Shown: positions 18,573 through 29,444 of the stretch, piece by piece
Numbering within the stretch: position 1 is the stretch's first letter
Layout: each line of letters opens with the position of its first letter
NCBI GenBank assembly: GCA_963664825.1
Contig: OY761614.1
Location: 1,632,001-1,696,000, forward strand
DNA length: 64,000 bases
Direction of reading: 5' to 3'
DNA from: an uncultured Holophaga sp.
Lineage (GTDB): Bacteria; Acidobacteriota; Holophagae; Holophagales; Holophagaceae
The notes under the pieces: model-generated
Seen by the model: the letters and a program-made list of their open reading frames with translations, nothing else
What the model was told of the DNA's origin: nothing
Databases searched by the model: none
Position numbers and translations under genes: made by a program

Positions 18573-19318
18573 CCCTTGCTCCGCTTGGGAGCCTTTCCAG
18601 GGCGGAACATCAGGAGGATCGCGAGCAGCAGCGGGCCGCCAAGGCAGAGGGGCAGGGCGTTCCAGGCGAGGGGGTCGGTGGGCAGGGTCTCCGTCGGTAA
18701 TAGATGGCCCAGGAAGGCCACGCTCTTCACCAGGGCCCTGGGGACCTCCAGGTCTTGGCCGAATTCACCCACCCAGGCCAGCACTCGGCCGATGGCCGCC
18801 AAGCCATAGGCCAAGAGGATGGCTATGCCGCGATTGGACCTGATCACAAGAGCCAGGGCCACCGTCCACAGCAGCAGCTGAAGGCCCAGCAGGAGGGCAT
18901 TCAGGTCGGCCTGGAGGATGGAGGGGGCCAAGGGGGATCCCAGCAATCGATAGCTGGCGGCCAGCATGGGCAGCATGGCCAGTTGGCTGAGGAACAGTCC
19001 GTGGGCCAGGGCCAGGCCCAGACCCAGGAAGAGTCCCTTGATGCGCTCCCCCTTGGCGGTGGCTGTGGTCCATTCGGTCAGGGGCAGGAAGGCGCCGAAG
19101 AGGATCACGGCCGGAACCATGGTGTAGATGAGACGACCCAGTCCCTGGGTGACATAGGGCTTGGCGTCCTGGAAACCCAGGGGAATGGCCACGCCGAAGA
19201 TCATCAATTGGCTGCCGTCGCCGCCGAAGCCCTGGATGCCACCCAGCACCAGTCCCGCCAGGAGCAGGCAGGCACAGGCCCAGATGATGCGGAAGAGGCT
19301 GCTGCCGAAGCGATCCAT
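18569..19318 (-). CDS. Hypothetical membrane protein
   Basis: About 6 hydrophobic segments; 4-nt overlap with envC. Confidence 0.75.
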   Translation of the reverse strand: MDRFGSSLFRIIWACACLLLAGLVLGGIQGFGGDGSQLMIFGVAIPLGFQDAKPYVTQGLGRLIYTMVPAVILFGAFLPLTEWTTATAKGERIKGLFLGLGLALAHGLFLSQLAMLPMLAASYRLLGSPLAPSILQADLNALLLGLQLLLWTVALALVIRSNRGIAILLAYGLAAIGRVLAWVGEFGQDLEVPRALVKSVAFLGHLLPTETLPTDPLAWNALPLCLGGPLLLAILLMFRPGKAPKRSKG

Positions 19319-19475
19319 GGGCGTCTCCTGTTTGCTTCGATTCTATCCTGGCATCTGCCTCGCCCGGGCCAACCAACACCGAACCTGTTCTTGCGGGCTG
19401 GAGTAAGATGGGCAACGATTAGCCAGGAATCCATTTGCGTCCCTAGAGTCAAGACCCCACGGAGTCTCCGCCCTG

Positions 19476-21008
19476 ATGCTCGAGCCCGGCCACATCCCCG
19501 AAGTTCCTTCCGAATCCTCGGAGATCCTCGGATTGCTGGGGCAATTGACAGCGGCCCAGGTCGATATCCGCAAGCTTCAGGCGGAACTGTACGAAGCCAA
19601 GCAGCAGGACCTTTTCACTGGGCTTCCCAACCGCCTGCGTCTGGCGGATCGCCTGGACCAGGCCATCCTGATGGCCCAGCGGCAGGAGCGTTCCGTTTCC
19701 GTCATCTTCATCGAGATCGACCGATTTAAGGCCATCAACCAGACCCTGGTCTTCCAGGAGCGGGACGAACTGATCCACCAGGTGGCCCGGCGGCTCATCT
19801 CCCCCTTGAGGCTAGGGGACACCCTGGCCTCGGTGAGCAATGACCAGTTCGCGGTCCTGCTGCCCGATCTGAGGGACCCCCTGGAGCCCTCCCGGGTGGC
19901 CCAGAGCATTCTCGAGGCCCTGCGGATTCCCTTTCGCGTGGGCAAGCGGACCATCCATCTCACCGCGAGCATGGGGATCAGCAGCTACCCGCAGGATGGT
20001 CCGGATTCCATCGCCCTTCAGAATCAGGCCGAAAGCGCCGCCAATCGAGCCAAGAGCGAAGGGGGCAACTGCGTGGAATGCAACACGCCCACCCTCAGCG
20101 AAGCCTTTCTCGAGAGATGCGAGATGGAGTCCTACCTCAGCGAGGCCATCGCCGCAGAGGAACTCGATGTCTTCTACCAGCCCCAATTCGGTTGGAACGA
20201 TAACATCATTGGCGTGGAGGCCCTCCTGCGCTGGAATCATCCAATCCTGGGCGTGGTGCCACCCTCGAAGATCATCCCCATGGTCGAGGAAAACCAGCTC
20301 ATCCATGTGGTGGGCGAGTGGGTTCTGCGCAAGGCCTGCCGCCAAGTGGCGGCGTGGCAGGCCCTGAGCCCGCACCCCTTGCGCCTCGCGGTCAATGTCT
20401 CGGCTTTTCAGGTAACCGATCCCAAATGGGTGGATAGCGTGGCCCGAGTCCTGCGGGATACGCGATTCCCCCCCTTCTGTCTGGAACTGGAGCTCACGGA
20501 GAGCTCTCTCCTGAAGAACGGGAAGCAGGGCCATGCCCCCTTGCATGAGATAAAGGCCATGGGCATCCGCATCGGCATCGATGATTTCGGCACCGGCTAT
20601 TCCTCCCTCAGCTACCTCCAGCGCCTGCCCATCGATACCCTCAAGATCGATCGTTCCTTCGTGGAGGGCCTCCACCCCGAGCATTCCGAGCCGAGTTCCA
20701 GAGCCATCATCCAGACCATCCTGCAGCTCGGCGAGAACCTGAAGCTCGATGTGGTCGCCGAGGGGCTGGAGACGGAGACCCAGCGGGAGACGCTGCATCT
20801 CATGGGATGCGAAATCTTCCAGGGCTTCCTGTTGGGGATGCCGATGGCCGCTTCGGATATGGGGCACCTCCTGGATGCCCGGCAGGCCTCCGTCTTTGAG
20901 ACCTTCCTGATCCCTGGGCCGGGTGGTACCAGGGGCCCAGCTTCTCTCCCGGCATCCCCTTCCGGGGCTTCGCCCCTGGGGGCGCGGGACGTCTCGCAAG
21001 CTGGATGA
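19476..21008 (+). CDS. GGDEF(degenerate)-EAL protein, probable c-di-GMP phosphodiesterase
   Basis: DLFTGLPNR; the GGDEF site reads SNDQF; intact YQPQ, EALLRW, DDFGTGYSS, LKIDRSF. Confidence 0.9.
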   Translation: MLEPGHIPEVPSESSEILGLLGQLTAAQVDIRKLQAELYEAKQQDLFTGLPNRLRLADRLDQAILMAQRQERSVSVIFIEIDRFKAINQTLVFQERDELIHQVARRLISPLRLGDTLASVSNDQFAVLLPDLRDPLEPSRVAQSILEALRIPFRVGKRTIHLTASMGISSYPQDGPDSIALQNQAESAANRAKSEGGNCVECNTPTLSEAFLERCEMESYLSEAIAAEELDVFYQPQFGWNDNIIGVEALLRWNHPILGVVPPSKIIPMVEENQLIHVVGEWVLRKACRQVAAWQALSPHPLRLAVNVSAFQVTDPKWVDSVARVLRDTRFPPFCLELELTESSLLKNGKQGHAPLHEIKAMGIRIGIDDFGTGYSSLSYLQRLPIDTLKIDRSFVEGLHPEHSEPSSRAIIQTILQLGENLKLDVVAEGLETETQRETLHLMGCEIFQGFLLGMPMAASDMGHLLDARQASVFETFLIPGPGGTRGPASLPASPSGASPLGARDVSQAG

Positions 21009-21079
21009 ATCTCCGGATTTCGTCACCCTGCTTCTTGCCGATGATGATCACACTGGTTTGGAACCGAGGGTTGGCGGCC

Positions 21080-21544
21080 TCACAGGTCCTCGGCTCCTTC
21101 TTCACCGATTTCGGGATCCACCGAGGCCCAGCGGGCTTCGGCCTGGAAGGCGGGGGCCTGGCAGCGTGCCATGAATTCGTTCATGCGTTTGCCCCAGGAC
21201 GAAGTCTCGGCGCTGCCTTCGGGCGTGAAGGAGAGGAGATCGCCGGGGGCATCCTCCAGGCAGAGTTGCGTGAGGATGAGACTCTGCTGGTAACTCTCGC
21301 CCACGGGGGTGAGGTTATCGGCCAGCTCGGCCAAGTGGTCGGCCAGTTCCTCCTCGCAACCTTCTGACAGTGTCTCGAGAATCTCAACCACCTGCTCCCG
21401 GGCCTTCAGGAGCTTGCAGTGGAGTCTCTCCAGCTCCTTGGCATCAGCGCCCTTGGATAGGGCATGGGCAGCGTCCTCCAGGTGGGGATGCAGCTTCTTG
21501 AAAAGGAGCTGGAGGGCGTTCTCGGCGGGCGTCGAAGGATCCAT
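21080..21544 (-). CDS. Hypothetical acidic helical protein
   Basis: 154-aa ORF filling the gap, with plausible codon usage. Confidence 0.65.
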   Translation of the reverse strand: MDPSTPAENALQLLFKKLHPHLEDAAHALSKGADAKELERLHCKLLKAREQVVEILETLSEGCEEELADHLAELADNLTPVGESYQQSLILTQLCLEDAPGDLLSFTPEGSAETSSWGKRMNEFMARCQAPAFQAEARWASVDPEIGEEGAEDL

Positions 21545-21590
21545 GGAGGGATTCTACCGGTGTCTGGAATAATGATTCCAGGAGTCTCCT

Positions 21591-21971
21591 ATGAAATCCG
21601 AAGGCATGCCTTCCCGTGACGTCCTCGATCCCGACACCATGCAGCAGTTGCTGGACTTGGATGATGGTGACCTGGGGCTCCTGCGCGAGATGTGTGAACT
21701 CTTTCGGGACGACACGCCTCCTCGAATCCTCCTGTTGGAGGAATCCATTCGATTGGACGACCGCGAACAGATGGGTGATGCTGCCCACGCCGTGAAGGGC
21801 GCGGCCAGCACCATGGGTGCCCCCAAGGTGCGGGCCCTTGCCCAGGCTCTGGAAGTGGGAAGCCGCACGGGCAATTTTGCCGAAGCCCCCGCGGAGTTGC
21901 TGGCCAAGCTGAAGGCTGCCTTCGCTGAGGCCCTGGTTGGGCTGGACGCGTTTATTGCGGGGAAGGCATAG
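21591..21971 (+). CDS. Hpt (histidine phosphotransfer) domain protein
   Basis: AAHAVKGAASTMGA motif; AGGAG RBS. Confidence 0.9.
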   Translation: MKSEGMPSRDVLDPDTMQQLLDLDDGDLGLLREMCELFRDDTPPRILLLEESIRLDDREQMGDAAHAVKGAASTMGAPKVRALAQALEVGSRTGNFAEAPAELLAKLKAAFAEALVGLDAFIAGKA

Positions 21972-22036
21972 TGCAGAACGAAGAAAGCAGTGGGGATTCC
22001 GGCAACGCTCTGGAAATGGTGTGCCGAACCCCGGGG

Positions 22037-23026
22037 ATGGACGTTGCGAAGCCCCTCCTGACGATCGCAATCCCCACCTACAACCGGGCCGAGTTATTGC
22101 ACTCCTGTCTTAAACATGTGCTTCCCCAAGTGGAGGCTCTGGGAGGGCGTGTGGAATTGCTTGTTTCCGACAATGCCTCCACGGATGCTACACAGGAATT
22201 GTTGGCGGGTCTCCTGGCCTCCGGCGCTTCCTTACGCTATGTGCGAAACAGCGAGAACATCGGTCCTGACCGCAATTTCGTCCAGTGTCTGGCACTCGCT
22301 TCCGGAACCTACTTCCTGCTGCTTGGGGACGACGATTTGGTGTTGGAAGGCACTTTGGAGAAACTGCTCCCTTTGCTTGAGGGGGAGAGGCCCGGAATCG
22401 TGCACCTCGGGAGTTTTCCCTTCAAGGGCGATCACAGGCGCAAAATCCACAGGCACATGCCCTCCGGAAAGGTCCTCCGATTCACGGATAGGACTGCGTT
22501 CGCAGCGAAGGTGAATGTCATGTTCACCTTCATCTCTGCCAACGTCATCGACAAGTCCTCTCTAGGACCGGAGTTCTGTTCGGAGGAGTTCTTGGGTACC
22601 AACCTAGTGCAGCTCTCCTGGACGCTTGAGGCCCTCCTCCACTCTGGGTTGAGTCTCTTTGTGGATGATCATCTAATTGCGGCAACGACGGATAACTCTG
22701 GTGGGTACGGATTTTATAGAGTTTTCGGCGTCAACATGAACCATGTTTTTGATAAATTTATGGCTCGTGGGGCCGATCCTTCGATCTTTGAGGCCATCAA
22801 CCGGAAGACGATCACGACTTTTTTCCCCGACTGGATCCTGCGACAGCGGAGGAAAAGACAGGATAGCTTTGTCGAGGAGAACCCTGTCGAGGTGTTGCGG
22901 CCAATTTTCAAGGGATTTCCGGCCTTTTGGCTCATGATCCTTCCCGTCTCCACTTGGCCTCTATTCATCGCGAAGCCCTGGTACAAGGCCTGCCGCAAGT
23001 GGCTAAAGCTCACGTGGCGATGGTGA
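22037..23026 (+). CDS. Family 2 glycosyltransferase (resembles dideoxyhexosyltransferases)
   Basis: TIAIPTYNR, SDNASTD, NIGPDRN, LGDDD; start uncertain (21971-22037). Confidence 0.88.
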   Translation: MDVAKPLLTIAIPTYNRAELLHSCLKHVLPQVEALGGRVELLVSDNASTDATQELLAGLLASGASLRYVRNSENIGPDRNFVQCLALASGTYFLLLGDDDLVLEGTLEKLLPLLEGERPGIVHLGSFPFKGDHRRKIHRHMPSGKVLRFTDRTAFAAKVNVMFTFISANVIDKSSLGPEFCSEEFLGTNLVQLSWTLEALLHSGLSLFVDDHLIAATTDNSGGYGFYRVFGVNMNHVFDKFMARGADPSIFEAINRKTITTFFPDWILRQRRKRQDSFVEENPVEVLRPIFKGFPAFWLMILPVSTWPLFIAKPWYKACRKWLKLTWRW

Positions 23027-23162
23027 TTCGGTGGGGCGGTGGGCGCGGGAGATTCACGTGGTGTGGTGAGCCTTTGGCCGAATGGGCTCCAGCGCCGAAT
23101 GTGGTGTAGGGCTTGTGCAGAAGGCATCCGTTAAACTCAAGCCACCCTTGCAAAGGAACGGC

Positions 23163-24959
23163 ATGGTCAAAGTCAGCGACTACATCGCACGGAAACTCCA
23201 CGCTATGGGAGTTCGGCATGTATTCATGGTGACGGGTGGCGGCGCCATGCACCTCAACGATGCCTTCGCTAGGTCTGCTCTGTTCCGGGTGATCTACAAC
23301 CATCATGAGCAGGCCTGTGCCATTGCGGCCGAAGGGTTGTACCGCGCAACAGGGCAGATCGGCGTCGTCAACATCACCACGGGGCCCGGGGGGCTCAATA
23401 CGCTAACGGGAGTCCTGGGCCAATGGACGGATAGCATTCCTGCAATCTATGTTTCCGGGCAAGTGAAGCATTCCACCACGCTGGATTGTTGCCGGGAATT
23501 GCCCCTGCGCCAGCTGGGCGACCAGGAGGTGGACATCGTCCCTGTCGTGCGTCCCCTTGTGAAGTACGCCGTGAGTGTGAGGGATCCGCTCCAGATCCGG
23601 AGGGAACTGGAGCGTGCCTTCCATATCGCCACCAGTGGCCGCATGGGACCCGTATGGGTCGATGTGCCCATGGATGTCCAAGGCGCCAATGTCGATGAGG
23701 AGGCTCTGATCGGTTTCGTTCCAGAAGAGACTGGGGTGCCACAGTCTTCGGCCGCCTTCCTGCTGGATCTGCTCCAGGCCAGCCATAGGCCTGTGCTTGT
23801 GCCCGGGCATGGTGTGCGTCTGGCGGGGCAGATCCGGAACCTGCATCGGCTACTCGAGGTGCTGAAGGTTCCGACGCTGGGCACCTTCAACGGTTTCGAC
23901 CTGATTCCCAATGATCATCCGGCCTACAGTGGGCGCATCGGCTCCCTGGGCACAAGGGGGGGAAACTTCACGCTCCAGAATGCCGATCTGGTGATCTTCC
24001 TGGGCACCCGCAATAACATCCGCCAAGTGAGCTACAACTGGGAGAATTTTGCCCACAGAGCCATCACTGTGGCTGTGGATATCGATGGGGCGGAATTGGA
24101 GAAACCCACCTTTCAGGCCACGCACAAGATTTCTGCGGATCTGCGCTCCTTCCTGCCGGGTTTCCTGACACTCCTAGAAAAGGCTCCCGAACTCCCGGAC
24201 TGGACCGAATGGCTGGCGTGGGCTCAGGAGCGTACGCGCCTGAACCCTGTGGTTCCACCAGAGCCCATGGCTGAGTCAGAGCGCATCCCGCCCTACCCCT
24301 TCATGGAACGTTTCACGGCGGCTCTGCCTGTGGATGCCACGGTTGTGGCGGGGAACGGCAGTGCCTGCGTCGTGCTGTTCCAGGCCGGGGTCGTGCAGGA
24401 AGGCCAGCGCTACTTCTGGAACAGTGGGTGCGCCTCCATGGGCTTCGATCTGCCCGCTGCCATCGGGGCCGCGGCGGATGGGGACCGCACCGTGTGGTGC
24501 CTGGCGGGAGATGGCAGCCTTCAGATGAACCTGCAGGAGTTGGCCACCGTCGCGCAGAACCGCCTTCCCATCAAGCTGGTGTATCTGAACAATGGCGGCT
24601 ACGCTTCCATCCGCCAAACCCAGGCGAATTTTTTCGGCGCCGAGTATGGGTGCAGTACGAAATCGGGTTTAGGTTTCCCTGATATGGAAAAATTGGCCGG
24701 GGCCTACGGGCTGCCCTTCGTCCGCACCCGGAGCCTTAGCGAGCTCGCCGAACATCAGGCCTGTGTCCAGAGCCAGGAGGGACCCGTCGTTTGGGAAGTG
24801 CTCCTGAAAACGGATTACGCTTTCGAACCCAAGCTCTCTTCCCGAAAACTTCCGGACGGGCGGATGATTTCCCCTCCCCTGGAGGACATGGCGCCCTTCC
24901 TAGACCGGGAAGCCTTCGTTTCCAATATGCTAGTGCCGCAGGAGATCTTGGATGCCTAG
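23163..24959 (+). CDS. Thiamine-diphosphate-dependent enzyme (acetolactate-synthase-like, YerE-like context)
   Basis: HHEQAC, TTGPGGLN, GDGSLQMNLQEL...NNGGY TPP motif. Confidence 0.9.
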   Translation: MVKVSDYIARKLHAMGVRHVFMVTGGGAMHLNDAFARSALFRVIYNHHEQACAIAAEGLYRATGQIGVVNITTGPGGLNTLTGVLGQWTDSIPAIYVSGQVKHSTTLDCCRELPLRQLGDQEVDIVPVVRPLVKYAVSVRDPLQIRRELERAFHIATSGRMGPVWVDVPMDVQGANVDEEALIGFVPEETGVPQSSAAFLLDLLQASHRPVLVPGHGVRLAGQIRNLHRLLEVLKVPTLGTFNGFDLIPNDHPAYSGRIGSLGTRGGNFTLQNADLVIFLGTRNNIRQVSYNWENFAHRAITVAVDIDGAELEKPTFQATHKISADLRSFLPGFLTLLEKAPELPDWTEWLAWAQERTRLNPVVPPEPMAESERIPPYPFMERFTAALPVDATVVAGNGSACVVLFQAGVVQEGQRYFWNSGCASMGFDLPAAIGAAADGDRTVWCLAGDGSLQMNLQELATVAQNRLPIKLVYLNNGGYASIRQTQANFFGAEYGCSTKSGLGFPDMEKLAGAYGLPFVRTRSLSELAEHQACVQSQEGPVVWEVLLKTDYAFEPKLSSRKLPDGRMISPPLEDMAPFLDREAFVSNMLVPQEILDA

Positions 24960-25632
24960 TTGCGAGAAACGGATGGCCTTGCTTACGGGAGGAGCCCGGG
25001 GGATCGGAGCGGCGATTCGGTCCGAACTGGAGGGGAAGGGCGTTCACGTTCTTGCCCCCTCCAGGGCGGAGTTGGATTTGGGGCGGAATGCATCGGTGAG
25101 CGAGTGGTTTTCCATTCATCCGGATCTGCCTGTGGACATCCTGATCAATAATGCGGGCATCAACCATCTGCGGAGTCTGCAGGATCTGGATGATTCCACA
25201 TGGGCCGAGATGGTTCAGACCAATCTCACCGCCGCCCTGCGTTTGACCCAGGCCTATGCCCCGCGGATGGCCGCCCAGGGTTGGGGGCGGGTCCTCAACG
25301 TGTCCTCGATTTTTAGCATCGTGACCAAGGAGGGGCGGGTTGCCTATTCCATGACCAAGGCGGCCATCAACGCCTTGACTCGCAGCACTGCGGTCGAATT
25401 CGGGCCTGGGGGGGTGCTCGTGAATGCGCTCGCTCCGGGCTATGTGGATACGGCCTTGACGCGCCAGAACAATTCCCCTGAAGCCATCGAATCAATCTGC
25501 GCCGCTATTCCCCTGGGGCGGATGGCCCGGGTCGAGGAATTAGCCCGCCTGGCGGTCTTCTTGGTCTCCGAAGAGAACACGTATATGACGGGGCAGGTAG
25601 TCGTGGCGGACGGAGGCTTCACATGTCGCTAG
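24952..25632 (+). CDS. Short-chain dehydrogenase/reductase
   Basis: TGGARGIG, NNAG, YSMTK, PGYVDT. Confidence 0.92.
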   Translation: MPSCEKRMALLTGGARGIGAAIRSELEGKGVHVLAPSRAELDLGRNASVSEWFSIHPDLPVDILINNAGINHLRSLQDLDDSTWAEMVQTNLTAALRLTQAYAPRMAAQGWGRVLNVSSIFSIVTKEGRVAYSMTKAAINALTRSTAVEFGPGGVLVNALAPGYVDTALTRQNNSPEAIESICAAIPLGRMARVEELARLAVFLVSEENTYMTGQVVVADGGFTCR

Positions 25633-26705
25633 GAATGACCATCCAAAGCCGATCCCATGCGTATACCGTTGAGGGTTTCCCCGATCTAAGGGAAGCCCTC
25701 AAAGCCGTCTCCCGCCCCGAACGTGCTCATTTCCTGGTGGACCGGAACCTCGCGAGGCTCTATCCGGATGTGCTGGCTCCGGCCTTGCCGGAAGGGCGGA
25801 CCGTGATCCTGGAGGCAACGGAAGACCAGAAATCCTACGAGGCCATCGCCCCCGTCTTCCTTCAGCTCATCGAGAAGGGCCTCAAGCGGGATGGCAATCT
25901 CGTGGTAATAGGCGGTGGTGTGTTGCAGGATATCGGATGTTTCGTGGCCACGAATTTGGCGCGAGGCATCCCCTGGGAGTTCATTCCGACGACGTTGCTC
26001 TCCCAGGCGGATAGCTGCATCGGAAGCAAGAGTTCCATTAACATCGGGTCCTTCAAGAACCAGATCGGATCCTTCTATGCCCCCCATCGGGTGCTGGTGA
26101 CCCATTCGGTCCTGCACACGCTGCCCTGGGACCAGATCTGCTCTGGATTGGGGGAGATCCTAAAACTGGCGGTCCTGACGGGCCGCAGCGAAATTGAGGA
26201 ACTAAGTGCGGATCTCTCTGCCTTCTCTGGAGAGACCGAGATCATCGAGAAATGGGTCGCCAGGGCTCTGGCAATCAAGAAGGTCTATATCGAGGAGGAT
26301 GAATTCGACCGTGGGCGGCGCAACCTGCTCAACTATGGACACACCTTCGGGCACGCGTTTGAATCCACCACCCACTTCGGCGTTCCCCACGGGATTGCGG
26401 TCAACCTGGGCATCCTGGCGGCCACCTACACATCGGTCCGTCTAGGAATGGTCGCCCAGGAGCATTATCTAGAGATCAGGGGGAAACTGGTACCCTGGTG
26501 CACGCCCTTCGGTCAGGTCGTGGCCCAGGTTGATGTGGAGGCCCTCCTCCAGGCCATGCGCCATGACAAGAAAAATTCCAGTTTTGGGGTCACCTGCATC
26601 CTGACCCGAGGTTTTGGCGCCATGGAGAAGTGCTCCCTGGATGCCGAGAATCAACTGAGGCCAATTCTTGGCGCGTTCCTTTCCTCTGAACTGGCAAACC
26701 TCTAG
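25623..26705 (+). CDS. 3-dehydroquinate-synthase-like protein (sugar phosphate cyclase family)
   Basis: GGGVLQD, PTTLLSQADSCIGSK, LNYGHTFGHA, HGIAV, DKK. Confidence 0.85.
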   Translation: MSLGMTIQSRSHAYTVEGFPDLREALKAVSRPERAHFLVDRNLARLYPDVLAPALPEGRTVILEATEDQKSYEAIAPVFLQLIEKGLKRDGNLVVIGGGVLQDIGCFVATNLARGIPWEFIPTTLLSQADSCIGSKSSINIGSFKNQIGSFYAPHRVLVTHSVLHTLPWDQICSGLGEILKLAVLTGRSEIEELSADLSAFSGETEIIEKWVARALAIKKVYIEEDEFDRGRRNLLNYGHTFGHAFESTTHFGVPHGIAVNLGILAATYTSVRLGMVAQEHYLEIRGKLVPWCTPFGQVVAQVDVEALLQAMRHDKKNSSFGVTCILTRGFGAMEKCSLDAENQLRPILGAFLSSELANL

Positions 26706-26730
26706 AATCGATCACCCACCCCAGGAGTTC

Positions 26731-27549
26731 ATGATGAATCCCCTCGAAAAGCGCATGGTCGAGCAATTGATTGATCTGCGGGAAAACCACCACATTGCAG
26801 GGGTCAAGGCTGAATTTGAATCGGAAGGTACCCGCATGGAGGAGGCCCTCCGCCTCAAGGAAGTGATCACCAAGGCGGGCCTGGACTTGACCATCAAGAT
26901 TGGAGGCTGCGAGGCCCTCAAGGACTTCTACGATGCCCGGGCCATCGGCGTCACGCATATTGTGGGGCCCATGATCGAATCCGCCTATGCCCTGAAGAAA
27001 TTCCTGGCGTCCGCCAAAACGGCCTTTCCGCCGGACGAATTCGATTCGGTCCAGTTTCTCGTCAATATCGAAACCCACACGGCCTGCAGCAACATCGAGG
27101 AGGTCCTGGGGAAGTACGATATCTCGGGCCTTTCGGGCATCGTGCTTGGTCGGGTCGATCTCACGGGATCCCTGGGCCTGACCCGGGAGGACGTGAACTC
27201 CGATCGCATCTTCGAAATCGCCTCCCGGGTGTTCCAGGAGGCGAAGAAATACAATTTGGATGTCGTGGTGGGCGGCGGCGTCTCCAAGGAGACCGTGCCC
27301 TTCCTCCAGCGCTTTCCGGAAGGGATGATCGCCCGGTACGAGACCCGAAAGGTCATTTTCCAGTGCCCCGCAGCCACCACGGGGGACTACGAAAAGGGCA
27401 TCCTGAAGGCCGTTGGCTTCGAACTGATGTGGCTGAAGAACAAGCGGGATTTCTATGGCCTCATCCACCACGAGGACAAGCGGCGGATCGAGATGCTCGA
27501 GGCCAGATACAAGAAGCTGATCGAAGAGGCGGGCGGTAGTGTCAACTAG
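26731..27549 (+). CDS. HpcH/HpaI aldolase / citrate lyase-like protein
   Basis: KIGGCEA, PMIES, NIET, GRVDL motifs; AGGAG RBS. Confidence 0.75.
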   Translation: MMNPLEKRMVEQLIDLRENHHIAGVKAEFESEGTRMEEALRLKEVITKAGLDLTIKIGGCEALKDFYDARAIGVTHIVGPMIESAYALKKFLASAKTAFPPDEFDSVQFLVNIETHTACSNIEEVLGKYDISGLSGIVLGRVDLTGSLGLTREDVNSDRIFEIASRVFQEAKKYNLDVVVGGGVSKETVPFLQRFPEGMIARYETRKVIFQCPAATTGDYEKGILKAVGFELMWLKNKRDFYGLIHHEDKRRIEMLEARYKKLIEEAGGSVN

Positions 27550-27591
27550 CTCGAGACTGGCCTGTCCTGTTGTCCTATCGCGAGGTCGAAA

Positions 27592-28362
27592 ATGAAAGCC
27601 GTCATTCTCGCAGGTGGTCTGGGCTCACGAATCAGCGAGGAGAGCACGGTTCGCCCCAAGCCCCTCATTGAGGTGGGGGGGCGCCCGATCCTGTGGCACA
27701 TCCTGAAGATGTATTCGGCCCACGGCATCAACGATTTCGTGGTCTGCCTAGGCTACAAGGGTTACATGATCAAGGAATACTTCGCCAACTACTTCCTCCA
27801 CATGTCGGATGTCACCTTCGATATGGCCAACAACAGGATGGAGGTCCACCAGAGCAATTCGGAACCCTGGAGGGTGACGCTGGTGGATACGGGCGAAGCC
27901 ACCATGACCGGTGGGCGGCTCAAGCGCATCCGGGAGTACATCGGCGACGAGGAATTCTGCGCCACCTATGGCGATGGCGTCGGCAATATCGATATCACGG
28001 CGCTCCTCCAATACCACCGCCTACAGGGCACCTGGGCGACCCTCACGGCGACGCAGCCTCCTGGGCGTTTCGGCGCGCTGGTCTTTGAAGGTGGAAGGGT
28101 CAAGGCCTTCCAGGAGAAGCCCACGGGAGATGGCGGGTGGATCAACGGAGGCTTCTTCGTGCTGTCCCCCAAGGTCTTCGATCTCATCGAGGGTGATCAG
28201 ACCCTCTGGGAGCGCGAACCCATGGAGCGCTTGGCTTCCATGGGGCAGCTTTCGGCTTACCTGCATCACGGTTTCTGGCAACCCATGGATACCCTGCGGG
28301 ACAAGAACCAGCTCGAGGAACTATGGATGAGCGGACGGGCTCCCTGGAAGATGTGGCCATGA
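27592..28362 (+). CDS. rfbF: Glucose-1-phosphate cytidylyltransferase
   Basis: [45 protein letters not shown]. Confidence 0.96.
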   Translation: MKAVILAGGLGSRISEESTVRPKPLIEVGGRPILWHILKMYSAHGINDFVVCLGYKGYMIKEYFANYFLHMSDVTFDMANNRMEVHQSNSEPWRVTLVDTGEATMTGGRLKRIREYIGDEEFCATYGDGVGNIDITALLQYHRLQGTWATLTATQPPGRFGALVFEGGRVKAFQEKPTGDGGWINGGFFVLSPKVFDLIEGDQTLWEREPMERLASMGQLSAYLHHGFWQPMDTLRDKNQLEELWMSGRAPWKMWP

Positions 28363-29444
28363 ATCCCGGCTTCTGGCGGGGCAGGCGGGTCCTGGTGACC
28401 GGGCACACGGGTTTCAAGGGGGGCTGGCTGTGCCTCTGGCTCCAGAGCCTGGGCGCCGAAGTGGTGGGCTACGCGCTGGAACCGCCCACACGGCCCAGTC
28501 TCTTCGATGCCGCAAATGTGGGAGAGGGGCTGGCGGCCTCCCATCTGGGTGATGTGCGGGACCTGGATCATCTGCAGGAGGTCTTCCGGGCATTTCGTCC
28601 AGAGGTGGTCTTCCACATGGCCGCCCAGCCCCTGGTGCGTCTCTCCTATGCCGAACCCGTGGAGACCTACGCCACCAACGTGATGGGTACGGTCAATGTG
28701 CTCGAAGCCGTGCGCCGCGGGCCGGGTGTCCGGGCCCTGATCAATATCACCACCGACAAATGCTATGAGAATCGGGAGTGGCTATGGGGCTACCGGGAAA
28801 TCGACCCCATGGGGGGCCATGATCCCTACAGCAGCAGCAAGGGCTGCGCGGAGCTGGTCACGGCCGCCTACAGGTCCTCGTTCTTCGGTCCCAAGGATTT
28901 CGAGCGCCATGGCGTGAGCGTTTCCACGGTGCGCGCCGGCAATGTCATCGGTGGTGGGGACTGGGCCGGGGATCGTCTCATTCCCGATATGATCCGTGCC
29001 TTCACCGCGGGAGATCCCGTCATCATCCGCAGCCCCCACGCCATCCGCCCCTGGCAGCATGTGCTGGAGCCTCTGCGGGGGTACCTGATGCTGGCCGAGC
29101 GCATGATGGGTGCCGGCCCGGAATTCGCCGAAGGCTGGAATTTCGGCCCCCGGGATGAGGACGCCAGGCCCGTGCAATGGATCGTGCAGCGGTTGGCTGA
29201 ACTCTGGGGAGAGGGCGCCTCCTGGAATCTGGACGAGGGCCAGCATCCCCATGAGGCCTCTTACCTGAAGCTGGACTGCTCCAAGGCCAGGATGCGCCTG
29301 GACTGGCACCCGCGATGGGATCTATCCACGGCCCTGGATCGTATCGTCTCCTGGTACCGTGCCTTCAATAGGGGCGAAGACATGCGGGCCCTCACGCTCC
29401 AGCAGATCTCCCAATACACCTCTGAAGCAGGAATGACGCGATGA
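28359..29444 (+). CDS. rfbG: CDP-glucose 4,6-dehydratase
   Basis: [39 protein letters not shown]. Confidence 0.96.
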   Translation: MNPGFWRGRRVLVTGHTGFKGGWLCLWLQSLGAEVVGYALEPPTRPSLFDAANVGEGLAASHLGDVRDLDHLQEVFRAFRPEVVFHMAAQPLVRLSYAEPVETYATNVMGTVNVLEAVRRGPGVRALINITTDKCYENREWLWGYREIDPMGGHDPYSSSKGCAELVTAAYRSSFFGPKDFERHGVSVSTVRAGNVIGGGDWAGDRLIPDMIRAFTAGDPVIIRSPHAIRPWQHVLEPLRGYLMLAERMMGAGPEFAEGWNFGPRDEDARPVQWIVQRLAELWGEGASWNLDEGQHPHEASYLKLDCSKARMRLDWHPRWDLSTALDRIVSWYRAFNRGEDMRALTLQQISQYTSEAGMTR

